Source of the DNA: an uncultured Desulfospira sp.
Lineage (GTDB): Bacteria > Desulfobacterota > Desulfobacteria > Desulfobacterales > Desulfobacteraceae
Assembly: GCA_963663165.1 (NCBI GenBank)
Contig: OY760175.1
Location: forward strand, 4,320,001 to 4,384,000
Length of the DNA: 64,000 nucleotides
Direction of reading: 5' to 3'
Made by a program: the position numbers and the translations under genes. Positions 18,283 through 26,749 of this stretch are shown here, one piece after another. How positions within the stretch are numbered: position 1 is the first letter of the stretch; each line of letters opens with the position of its first letter. A model generated the notes under the pieces. It saw only the letters and a program-made list of their open reading frames with translations. It made no database searches and had not been told where the DNA came from.

Positions 18283-18433
18283 ATGCATATGATTTGGAAT
18301 TATACGAATAAAATGAAAGATTTGAAAAATCTTTTTGAATAAAAATGAATAAAACTCACAACATAATCAAACACGCTACATAATTGGAGATAATCCTTCC
18401 CCACGCAGCCGGAAATTTTTGTGAGCAGATTTT

Positions 18434-20698
18434 TCAGGAGGGCGTGATTTTTATCTGGGCAGCCCCTTTATCACGCACTTCAGTGGCGCAGAATTTTTCA
18501 ATATCGGTTTTGGTTTTTTTCTCAGCATAAGTGCTTTTCAAAACCGTCCCCTGAAATATTTTTTTCAAAATTTTTATCTCGCAGTTGCTTTTCTGGGATC
18601 TGGCCCACTCATAAAAAGAATAGATGTCCTGTTCCAGGGTTAAAATTTTCTTTTCATTATTTTTCTTTAGCAGGGCGATCTGGCTTTCCAGTTTTTTGAT
18701 TTCCAAGTCACATTTTTTTTTCTCAAGGTTATACTCTTTAATAGACTTAACCGATTCTCCCATTCTTTTTTCAAAATTTTTTATCAGTGAGATTAAATTT
18801 TTTTTATTTTCTTTGTTTATTTGTTCTTTCTTTGCATTAAACTCTTTGACCAGCAGTTGTTGTTTTTCTTTAGCGTGATCATGAAACATTTTTAACTCTA
18901 TCATTTTCTGAAAAATTTTCTTGGAACCAAATGTCAGGTCCTCTTTTTGTTTTTCCAGCTCATTGACTTCCTGCATGAGTTCATCAATTTCTCCGGATCT
19001 TATCCTGTTATACGCCAGAAGCGCGTGTTCTGACCCGGCACAAAGGGTACATGCCCCCGTGGTCTGACTTCCGGCACCGGCCAGCACAATTCCCTGCTTG
19101 GCATAAACCTTTGAAGAAATCACCCGGCATTGGTCTGAATCAACCTTCCCGGCACTGTATATGGTTGAGTCATAAATTTCATTTTGGACATGAATATTGC
19201 CGAAGGTCTGGATGTTGCAGTTGTGGATATACCTGGCGCGGATGTTGCCATGGCTTTCGATGGTGCTGTCGGTAATGCCCACATCCACATGGATATCCCC
19301 CAATACTTTGATGGTGGCCCCCCGGATTTCAATGGCCTTGATCATGCCAGCCGTCACCGGAAAAGCCCCGGTCAGAATCCCTGAAATATGCAGCTGGGCG
19401 TATGGTTCCGGAGATGCCCCGTATCGAAAGTCCATATCTTCAAGAACATGGACGGTGGGATTGATGTACAGCTTTCTGGCAATGGACACAAACAATGCCC
19501 CGCTTTTGACGGCAACGATTTTTGCGCCTTTCTCCGTAATTTTGGTCCCTGGGCCGCTCCTGAAGGTAAAGTCTTTGCCCGGGTCTTGGGTTGAGCGGGT
19601 TTTTCCAAAAATATCGGTTTTATCGTATGCCGGCGTTGTTACTTCCTCCTCAACGATAATGTCCCCTTTCTTTGCCTGGGTTGTTTTGCCCTGTTTTGTC
19701 CCCCCTATAAAAGCGGTATGTTTTGCCTTTATCAGCTCTTCCGAGCCATCCTGGTAAGCCACGGTGAATTCTTTGTCGCCTTCCTGCAAATGAACTTCAA
19801 TAATGGCATCCGGATAAATCCCTGAGGTCACTTTTTGGTCCTCAAGGCTTTGTTTAATCATGGCCAGGGTGATGGGTTCAGTGGGTTTTTCGGCTATTTT
19901 TACCCGGGCCTCCATGTTGTCCTCACTGATGGATAAGACCAGGTTTTGTTCTTTGAAAAGCGCCTTTGCGGCGGCGGCCTCTTCGTGCCGCTCCTGCTCT
20001 TCTAAAACAATGTTCATCTGATCTACGCTCAGGGTGTTCATCTTAACCATAATGGTCCCAAGGTTGTTGATGACATTGTTTTTTTCAAACGATTCGGCCT
20101 GGGCGTCCTGAGCAGATTTAACATCTTTTTGGACGGCAAATTTTTTCTCTACAACCGCTGCCGCAAACTCAAGATCCAAGGCTTTTATTTTTAAGAACTG
20201 CTCTTCGTATTCTGAAAGTTGGACCTCTTTTTTGGGCGGCTTTTCCGGGGGCTCTTTCTTGCTGATAATTTCCTCTGCCTGCTGCTCGATAAACGATTGT
20301 TCTTTTAAGATGCTGTTTTTTTGCTTTTCGGTGATGACCTCGGTTTCAACCAGGATGTCACCGATGAGTTTTTTAACTTTGGCCCGCTGGAACTCCTTTC
20401 TTTGAAACTCCAAGGCCTTATCCACCTCCTCCTGGGTGGCAAACCCTTTTTCGATGACAATTTTACCGAATGTCTCCCCTTTTTTCCGGATAATATAAAA
20501 TTCCCGGATTAAGGTAAGAAGTCCGATCTGATACCCGGTGGCAAGGCCCTGGTTGATTAGAATGGTCTCGTAGTCCTGGGGACTGTTCTTTTTAGCATTT
20601 GAAGCGTGAAGGGCCGTAATTTTTTGATATTGGCCCTTATCAATGGTTCCATATTGTAATGCCAGGTCGGCCAGGCTTGGGACAGTGGTTTCAGTCAC
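18434..20698 (-). CDS. DUF342/FapA-family protein with N-terminal MshEN-like repeats
   Basis: FGKIVIEKGFATQEEVDKALEFQ...LIGDILVE repeats; LSISEDNMEA start of DUF342; beta-helix region GNIRARYIHNCNIQTFGNIHV; coiled coil; KKIFQGTVL C-terminus. Confidence 0.8.
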   Translation of the reverse strand: MTETTVPSLADLALQYGTIDKGQYQKITALHASNAKKNSPQDYETILINQGLATGYQIGLLTLIREFYIIRKKGETFGKIVIEKGFATQEEVDKALEFQRKEFQRAKVKKLIGDILVETEVITEKQKNSILKEQSFIEQQAEEIISKKEPPEKPPKKEVQLSEYEEQFLKIKALDLEFAAAVVEKKFAVQKDVKSAQDAQAESFEKNNVINNLGTIMVKMNTLSVDQMNIVLEEQERHEEAAAAKALFKEQNLVLSISEDNMEARVKIAEKPTEPITLAMIKQSLEDQKVTSGIYPDAIIEVHLQEGDKEFTVAYQDGSEELIKAKHTAFIGGTKQGKTTQAKKGDIIVEEEVTTPAYDKTDIFGKTRSTQDPGKDFTFRSGPGTKITEKGAKIVAVKSGALFVSIARKLYINPTVHVLEDMDFRYGASPEPYAQLHISGILTGAFPVTAGMIKAIEIRGATIKVLGDIHVDVGITDSTIESHGNIRARYIHNCNIQTFGNIHVQNEIYDSTIYSAGKVDSDQCRVISSKVYAKQGIVLAGAGSQTTGACTLCAGSEHALLAYNRIRSGEIDELMQEVNELEKQKEDLTFGSKKIFQKMIELKMFHDHAKEKQQLLVKEFNAKKEQINKENKKNLISLIKNFEKRMGESVKSIKEYNLEKKKCDLEIKKLESQIALLKKNNEKKILTLEQDIYSFYEWARSQKSNCEIKILKKIFQGTVLKSTYAEKKTKTDIEKFCATEVRDKGAAQIKITPS

Positions 20699-20864
20699 TT
20701 TTCACAGTTCCGGGCATGGACGTTATCATATCCAGCCAGAGAGGGGTTAATTATTAGTCACCAATCTTTTCTTTAGCTTTTACACTATATTCGGGCCAAG
20801 AACTCTTGGAGAGAAGCAAAAAGCTGTAAGAATACCATAAAAAATTTATAATATAATGTAAACC

Positions 20865-22334
20865 TTATCCCTGAAAAATGGGCCCAAGGTCCACATGGGT
20901 TTCAAAATGGGTTTTAAGCAGGTCATAGTTTTTTTCTTTGATGGCGGCCATGTCATGGATTTCAAAGTTATGACTTTCAAGGCCAATCAGGGAAAACCAT
21001 TTGGATACCACGGCTGCGGAATCAAAAAATCCGTGAATATAGGTACCGGCCACGGTTCCGTCGCTGCTGATGCACCCGTCATTCTCGTCACAGGGCAAAT
21101 GATTTCTGGCGCTGATGTTAAGAAAAGGAGCCCCTGAAGTTACCCGGGTCAGGCCCATGTGGATCTCATATCCTTTTCCAGAGGCCCCTTCCCAGGAATA
21201 ATCACTTAAGGTGGTGGTTTTCGGGTCTTTGAGTTCGGTTTCCACGGGTAGAAGCCCTAAGCCTTTGGTCCGGCCCGGGCTGCCCTCAACCCCGTAAGGG
21301 TCATCCACAAATTGCCCTAAAATCTGATATCCCCCGCATATCCCGAGGATATGGCCGCCCTGACGGTGGTAGGCCTTAAGGGCCGGCCCAAAGGTTTTTT
21401 TGATCCACCCAAGATCTGCCCGGGTATTTTTGGAGCCGGGGATAATGACGGCATTAAAACCGGACAGATCTATGGGCCGGTCAATGAACAGGGTCTGGAG
21501 CCCCTTGATTTCAGACAGGGCGTGAAAATCTGTAAAATTGGAAATATGGGGCAGCCGGATAATGGCAATGGCCGGCATTTCTTTATTTAACTCTTTGGTA
21601 TTATTCGGTTTTTCAATTTCAACCGAATCTTCTGCGTCAATTCTGAAATGGGAATACCAGGGGAGTACCCCAAATACTTTTTTGCCGGTAGTCTTCTCAA
21701 TCCAGTCCACGCCGTCCTTGAACAGGGCAATGTCCCCTCTGAAACGGTTGATGATAAATCCTTTGATCATGTTTCTATAGGTCTCCGGCAGGCAGGCCAG
21801 GGTGCCCACAATCTGGGCAAACACCCCGCCCCTGTGAATATCAGCCGTCAGCACCACATGGGCATTGGCATGGGCGGCCATGGGAAAATTGACAACATCA
21901 CTGTCCATAAGGTTCACTTCAGCACAGGAACCCGCCCCTTCCAGGATAATCCGGTCATATTTTTCTGATAACCGGTCAAACCCCTCCCAGGCCTTTTCAC
22001 AGTAAAATCCTTTGTTTTTATGGTAATCCATTGCCGTATGGTTTCCAAAAGCTTTTCCAAACAGCACCACCTGGGACTGCTTTTCTCCGGTGGGCTTTAA
22101 CAGGATCGGGTTCATGTCCACATGGGGAATAACCCTGGCCGCTTCTGCCTGAACAATCTGGGCCCGCCCCATTTCAAGGCCCTCAGGGGTGATCCCTGAA
22201 TTATTGGACATGTTCTGGGCTTTAAAGGGGGCTATCTTCTCTTTTTTATCGGCCAGGCTGCGGCAGATGGCGGCCGCCACAATGCTTTTGCCCACATCTG
22301 ATCCGGTTCCCATTACAGCAATGTTGGTTCTCAT
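20865..22334 (-). CDS. cobQ: Cobyric acid synthase
   Basis: GTGSDVGKS, PFKAQNMSNNS, EGAGSCAEVNL, ISNFTDF, GICGGYQ, GYEIH, GTYIHG. Confidence 0.97.
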   Translation of the reverse strand: MRTNIAVMGTGSDVGKSIVAAAICRSLADKKEKIAPFKAQNMSNNSGITPEGLEMGRAQIVQAEAARVIPHVDMNPILLKPTGEKQSQVVLFGKAFGNHTAMDYHKNKGFYCEKAWEGFDRLSEKYDRIILEGAGSCAEVNLMDSDVVNFPMAAHANAHVVLTADIHRGGVFAQIVGTLACLPETYRNMIKGFIINRFRGDIALFKDGVDWIEKTTGKKVFGVLPWYSHFRIDAEDSVEIEKPNNTKELNKEMPAIAIIRLPHISNFTDFHALSEIKGLQTLFIDRPIDLSGFNAVIIPGSKNTRADLGWIKKTFGPALKAYHRQGGHILGICGGYQILGQFVDDPYGVEGSPGRTKGLGLLPVETELKDPKTTTLSDYSWEGASGKGYEIHMGLTRVTSGAPFLNISARNHLPCDENDGCISSDGTVAGTYIHGFFDSAAVVSKWFSLIGLESHNFEIHDMAAIKEKNYDLLKTHFETHVDLGPIFQG

Positions 22335-22843
22335 TTTTCGATTCCCACCCGGGCCATCACCCCTTGCTGATAATAATGTTTGATTTCTTTCATCTCGGTT
22401 ACCAGGTCCGCTCTGTTTATCACGGACTCCAACGCCCCCCGGCCCGTTATGACCAGTTCCACGTTTTCAGGTTTCATATCCAGAAGGGCCAGCAGTTCTT
22501 CTTCTGAAAAAAGGTTACAGGTTACCGCCACATTGCCCTCTTCTGCGATGACCAGGTCATAGCGCCCGCTTTTTAATGCGTCGCATAATTTTAAATACCC
22601 GGTCCGGGCCGAAGCCTGTTCTTCTTCAGACGGATTTCCCATAACGAATTTACCCGCCCCGAACTGCTCAATGGTAATGGTATCAAACTTGGACAATGCC
22701 TTTATTTCCGAATAATCCCCGTGCTTGAGGAACTGGGCAATATACACCTTTAAACCGGCCCCGGCAGCCCTCATGGCAAGCCCTAAACTCGCCGTTGTTT
22801 TTCCTTTCCCGTTTCCGGTGTAGACCTGGATATATCCTTTCAT
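22331..22843 (-). CDS. cobO: Cob(I)yrinic acid a,c-diamide adenosyltransferase (CobA/CobO/BtuR)
   Basis: YTGNGKGKTTASLGLA, QFLK, ELVITGR, ADLVTEM...KHYY. Confidence 0.95.
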   Translation of the reverse strand: MKGYIQVYTGNGKGKTTASLGLAMRAAGAGLKVYIAQFLKHGDYSEIKALSKFDTITIEQFGAGKFVMGNPSEEEQASARTGYLKLCDALKSGRYDLVIAEEGNVAVTCNLFSEEELLALLDMKPENVELVITGRGALESVINRADLVTEMKEIKHYYQQGVMARVGIEK

Positions 22844-22855
22844 ATAAAAGTCTCC

Positions 22856-23641
22856 TTATGCGCTGATATTGTATTTTTTCGTGTACCCCCTTGGTGTAAA
22901 CATAAAATCCATGTACTGCATGGAGGTTGATGAGCCGATAAACACCACGGTCTGCATGCCCACCTGTTCACAATCCATCTCTTTAATGGTGGTCAGATAA
23001 ATTTGCTGGTTTTCTCTCATTGCCCCGGTCACCACGGCCACAGGGGTATCGGGAGACCGGTGTTCCATGATCAGGTCCCTGGCGCGGGCCAGCTGCCAGT
23101 CCCGTTTTTTGCTTTTAGGGTTGTAAAGCACCATAACAAAATCCGCCATGGCGGCACAGGTCAGCCGTTTTTCGATTTTGTCCCAGGCCGTTAACAGATC
23201 ACTTAGAGATATAGCGGCAAAATCATGGGTCAGGGGTGCACCGGCCAGGGCCGCACCAGCGGCCAGGGCTGGAATCCCCGGAACCACTTCCAGTACAAGG
23301 CAGTTCCCAGAGGCCCCCTCCGGTGGTGTCCTGTAAATTGGAATTTTCTTTTGGGCGCAGATTTCAAACACCAGGCCGGCCATAGCGTATATTCCGGGAT
23401 CTCCCCCAGAAACCAGGGCGCATGATTTTCCGGCCAATGCCTGCTCAATGGCCTGTTCCACCCGGTCCATTTCCTTCATCATGCCCGTGGATATGAGGGG
23501 TTTGTCTTTTATTAAATGGGCAATTAAGTCCAGATACGTGGTATAACCGGCAATACAGTCTGCCTGTTCAATGGCCTCCTGGGCCCGTTTTGACATATGG
23601 TCCGGACTTCCCGGACCTGTTCCGACAATAAATAATTTCAT
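22856..23641 (-). CDS. cbiH: Precorrin-3B C17-methyltransferase
   Basis: VGTGPG, SGGDPGIYAMA, APLTHDFAAISLSDLLT, YNPKSKKR, TPRGY. Confidence 0.96.
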   Translation of the reverse strand: MKLFIVGTGPGSPDHMSKRAQEAIEQADCIAGYTTYLDLIAHLIKDKPLISTGMMKEMDRVEQAIEQALAGKSCALVSGGDPGIYAMAGLVFEICAQKKIPIYRTPPEGASGNCLVLEVVPGIPALAAGAALAGAPLTHDFAAISLSDLLTAWDKIEKRLTCAAMADFVMVLYNPKSKKRDWQLARARDLIMEHRSPDTPVAVVTGAMRENQQIYLTTIKEMDCEQVGMQTVVFIGSSTSMQYMDFMFTPRGYTKKYNISA

Positions 23642-24705
23642 GGTTTCACCGCCACCGCCAGGGTAATATCTTTGTTTTTCTTTTTGGGTAAAATAAGTTT
23701 TCCATTAACTGCTGCCAGAATGGCCGCGGCCTCGCAAACGCTTTTAACCCCCATATGCTTTTCAACCATTAGGGATGGGGTTTTTATGTCATCCACACCG
23801 TTTAATTCATCCCGGCTGTAAAACCGGATGGGGATGTCCAGGGCCCGGGACAATGCCAGCAACCCCGATTCATCTTTTTTTGCATCAATGGTGGCAAGGG
23901 TATAGAGGCTGTTGAGGCTCAGGCCTTCATTTGCCATAATATCTTTAAAAAATTGATGGATGTCCTCGAAGGGCGTGTTCCGGTTACACCCCATGCCAAC
24001 GCACAACACCCGGGGCCGGAGGATCATTGTTTCACATGAAACTTTTTGGGCCTTCCAGGAGCATAGCAGATCAATCTGAACTTGATCCGGTCCTGCCGGC
24101 TCCCTGTATGATTCGGGCAAAGCGTCCGTTAAGCGCTGTTCCGGATCATGAATAATTATTTTTTTATTCTCCAAAAAGGCCATGTTGATCCGCTTGATAT
24201 GTTCCGGGGTTTCAATGAAAAGCCCCTTTTTTTTTGCCACCAAGTCAATGGATGGCAACTGATTCACATCGGTTGCTGTTGTGATAACCGGCACGGCGCC
24301 GGTCAGTTCCGCCATTTTCTGGGCCAGCTCATTGGCCCCACCAAGGTGGCCGGACAAAAGACTGATGGCGTGACAGCCCTGGTCATCCATGACCACCACG
24401 GCCGGGTCCACCAGTTTGGATTCAATAAGCGAAGCAATCATGCGAACAGCGATCCCCGTTGAAAAAATAAAAACATGGCCCCTGAAATCTTTAAACCGGT
24501 TTTTGATTTCCCTTCCCAGGTTGTCAAAAACAGTCCAGCCTTCAATATGGCAGCCCTGGCTGATGTTTCGGCTTACAAACAACGAACCATCAGGTATTCT
24601 GGAACAGATTTTTTCGCCGAGGGCAAGCCCGTTAGGGGTTATGGCCCAAACCGCCAGTCGGCCGTTACCGGTTGATACCGGCTTGTTAAGAGGTGCGGTA
24701 TCCAT
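23638..24705 (-). CDS. cbiG: Cobalt-precorrin-5A hydrolase
   Basis: STGIAVR, DPAVVVMD, ISLLSGHLGGANELA, PVITTATD, GMGCNR, SVCEAAA; start placed at MDTAPL (24705) within ORF 23638..24780. Confidence 0.94.
   Translation of the reverse strand: MDTAPLNKPVSTGNGRLAVWAITPNGLALGEKICSRIPDGSLFVSRNISQGCHIEGWTVFDNLGREIKNRFKDFRGHVFIFSTGIAVRMIASLIESKLVDPAVVVMDDQGCHAISLLSGHLGGANELAQKMAELTGAVPVITTATDVNQLPSIDLVAKKKGLFIETPEHIKRINMAFLENKKIIIHDPEQRLTDALPESYREPAGPDQVQIDLLCSWKAQKVSCETMILRPRVLCVGMGCNRNTPFEDIHQFFKDIMANEGLSLNSLYTLATIDAKKDESGLLALSRALDIPIRFYSRDELNGVDDIKTPSLMVEKHMGVKSVCEAAAILAAVNGKLILPKKKNKDITLAVAVKP
24028..24043. other. parS-like site TGTTTCACATGAAACT (inside cbiG)
   Basis: 14/16 match to the bacterial parS consensus TGTTTCACGTGAAACA. 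Confidence 0.75.
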
Positions 24706-25465
24706 GATAAAAGCCCGGGTCATATAACTTTGATTTGGCCGGCTCGTTTCCGGCGCTGCCTGCTTCAACCCCTGGACCAACGATAATCAGGGCATGCCGG
24801 TCTATGTGGTTTTGCCTGCAGGTCTGATCAAGGCTGCTGATTTTGCAGGGAAGTATTTTCTCCTCGGGATGGGAGACTTTGTAGGCAATGATGCAATGGC
24901 TTTCGGGCCCATAATGGGTTTCAAGGATTCTTTGAACCGTTGCCGTGTGGGACATGCTCAGGTAAATGGCCATGGAGGATCTGTGAGCCGCCAGTTTTTC
25001 AAGGTCCTCGGTTTCCGGGACCGGCGTCCGCCCGGCAATGCGGGTGAGAATCAGTGTCTGGGTGGCTTCTGGAATGGTATATTCCATTTTAAGCCGGGCA
25101 GAAGCGGCAAAGGCCGCTGTCACGCCAGGGATAACCTGGCACGGGATACTGTTTTTTTCAAGTTCAAGGATCTGCTCAAAGATGGCGCCGTATAATGCCG
25201 GATCTCCGGTATGAAGGCGAACCACGCGCTCTCCTTTCTTATAGGCGGTTAAGATTAATTCAACAATCTGGTTTAAATTGAGATCAGCGCTGGATATGGT
25301 CCGGGTATGGTCACCTTTCCAGCAGAGTACCGCCTCGGGAACCAGGGAGCCTGCGTAAATGATTAGATCGGCCGCTTGCAAGGCCTTCATGGCTTTAACG
25401 GTTATCAGCTCCGGGTCACCCGGTCCGGCTCCTGCAAAAATGACTTCTTTTTTATTTTTCTCCAC
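24686..25465 (-). CDS. cbiF: Precorrin-4 C11-methyltransferase
   Basis: GAGPGDPELITVK, YAGSLV, RLHTGDPALYGAIFEQ, PGVTAAFA, SKLYDPGF; GTG start at 25465 after AAGGA. Confidence 0.96.
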   Translation of the reverse strand: MEKNKKEVIFAGAGPGDPELITVKAMKALQAADLIIYAGSLVPEAVLCWKGDHTRTISSADLNLNQIVELILTAYKKGERVVRLHTGDPALYGAIFEQILELEKNSIPCQVIPGVTAAFAASARLKMEYTIPEATQTLILTRIAGRTPVPETEDLEKLAAHRSSMAIYLSMSHTATVQRILETHYGPESHCIIAYKVSHPEEKILPCKISSLDQTCRQNHIDRHALIIVGPGVEAGSAGNEPAKSKLYDPGFYHGYRTS

Positions 25466-25476
25466 TGGTTGTTCCT

Positions 25477-26748
25477 TTATTGTTCCTGGGCCTGCGCTGG
25501 TTTTGGTTTTTTCCCCTGGATGAGCCATACGGGGTTTAAGGCTTCAAGACGGTCGCCAAAGGGCATGGCTTTAGACCGTGAAATTAAAATCTGGACCATG
25601 GATGGATGAAATCCCCGGGTCTTTAAGGTCGCCAGGGCCATGTTGGTATTTTGAACCAGTACGGTACTCACCACTATGATCCCGCCATCTTGAAGATGTT
25701 CGCAGGAGGCGTTTAAAATATTTCCCAGGTCCCTGCCGCCGCCGCCAATGAAAATCCGGTCCGGGCATGGCAATTCCTGGGCCTGTTCCGGAAATTTAAG
25801 ATTGTGTACCGAAATATTGGCACAGTTAAACCGGGTTATGTTGTTGTTAATATCAGATATCCGGTTCGGGTTTTTTTCCAGGGCAACCACTTTTCCCCGG
25901 GGGATCATGGCCGACGCCTCAATGGAAACAGACCCGGATCCTGCCCCCACATCCCATAATGTATGATCTTTTCGGTTCAAGCACAATTTGGCCAGGCAAA
26001 CGGCCCGTATCTCTGATTTTGTGATTAACCCCTTGGTATGGGAAAACAGGTGGTCGTCCATTCCAAAGGTTGTTTCATGTGAAACATTGGCAGCCTCATT
26101 CTCTTTTGATGAAATGCCCTGGGACTTAATCAAAATCACAATGTTGGGATGGCTAAATTTTTGTGCCGTAACCTGTGCATAATCATCAAACCAGCGTATG
26201 GACTGCCGGTCGGTGTCCCCGAGATTTTCAAGAACGCAGATTTGAAATCCAGTGACATTGTGCTGGATGAGTTGCCCGGCGATAAATTCCGGCCCTTTGC
26301 CTGGCGAGGTTAAGAACGCCACCTTAGATTTAAAGTTCAAGTTTGAAAATGAGAAATCCACCCGCCCCTTGGCGTGCAGGCTGACCAGATGGGCATCATG
26401 CCAGGGCACTTTAATGGCGGCAAATGCCGCTGATATGGAACTGATGTTGGGGTGGATAACGATCTGATTCCGGTCAAAATGGTTCAGCAAAGCAGACCCA
26501 ATCCCGTGAAAAAGGGGATCGCCAGAGGCCAGGACAACGATTCGTTTAGTGGTGAAAAGGTCTTTGACTTCCCGGATGACCTGTCCAATGTCCCTTTTAA
26601 TAAGGATGCAATGGGCGCTGTGGCCGGCAAACAGATCAAGGTGCCTTTGGCCGCCCACCAGCACCTGGGCTTGGCCAATCAGTTCCAGGTGGGTCTGGGT
26701 TAAATCCTGCCGGCAAAGGCCAATACCGATAACGTGAATAGGCTCCAT
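25477..26748 (-). CDS. cbiET: Bifunctional precorrin-6Y C5,15-methyltransferase (decarboxylating), CbiE-CbiT fusion
   Basis: VIGIG, LASGDPLFHGIG, SLH, then ITKSEIRA, LWDVGAGSGSVSIE, PDRIFIGGG, ALNPV; start MEPIHV at 26748. Confidence 0.95.
   Translation of the reverse strand: MEPIHVIGIGLCRQDLTQTHLELIGQAQVLVGGQRHLDLFAGHSAHCILIKRDIGQVIREVKDLFTTKRIVVLASGDPLFHGIGSALLNHFDRNQIVIHPNISSISAAFAAIKVPWHDAHLVSLHAKGRVDFSFSNLNFKSKVAFLTSPGKGPEFIAGQLIQHNVTGFQICVLENLGDTDRQSIRWFDDYAQVTAQKFSHPNIVILIKSQGISSKENEAANVSHETTFGMDDHLFSHTKGLITKSEIRAVCLAKLCLNRKDHTLWDVGAGSGSVSIEASAMIPRGKVVALEKNPNRISDINNNITRFNCANISVHNLKFPEQAQELPCPDRIFIGGGGRDLGNILNASCEHLQDGGIIVVSTVLVQNTNMALATLKTRGFHPSMVQILISRSKAMPFGDRLEALNPVWLIQGKKPKPAQAQEQ
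26071..26086. other. parS-like site TGTTTCATGTGAAACA (in the cbiE-cbiT linker)
   Basis: 15/16 match to the parS consensus. Confidence 0.82.
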
Positions 26749-26749
26749 T

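Larger units (their letters stand above)
14266..18383 (-). mobile_element. RIT-like (Recombinase In Trio) integrative element with two extra upstream genes, 4118 bp
   Basis: Three tandem overlapping tyrosine recombinases; ends TTATGT...ACATAA; flanked by the direct repeat TTGGAG (14260-14265, 18384-18389). The right end read inward is TTATGTAG-N9-TTATGTTG; a TAATGCCG motif lies at 14316-14323. Confidence 0.88.

Noticed and set aside
14134..18433. Prophage or tRNA-integrated island around the recombinases
   Set aside because: No phage structural genes and no tRNA at either border; the ends fit a self-contained 4.1-kb element.
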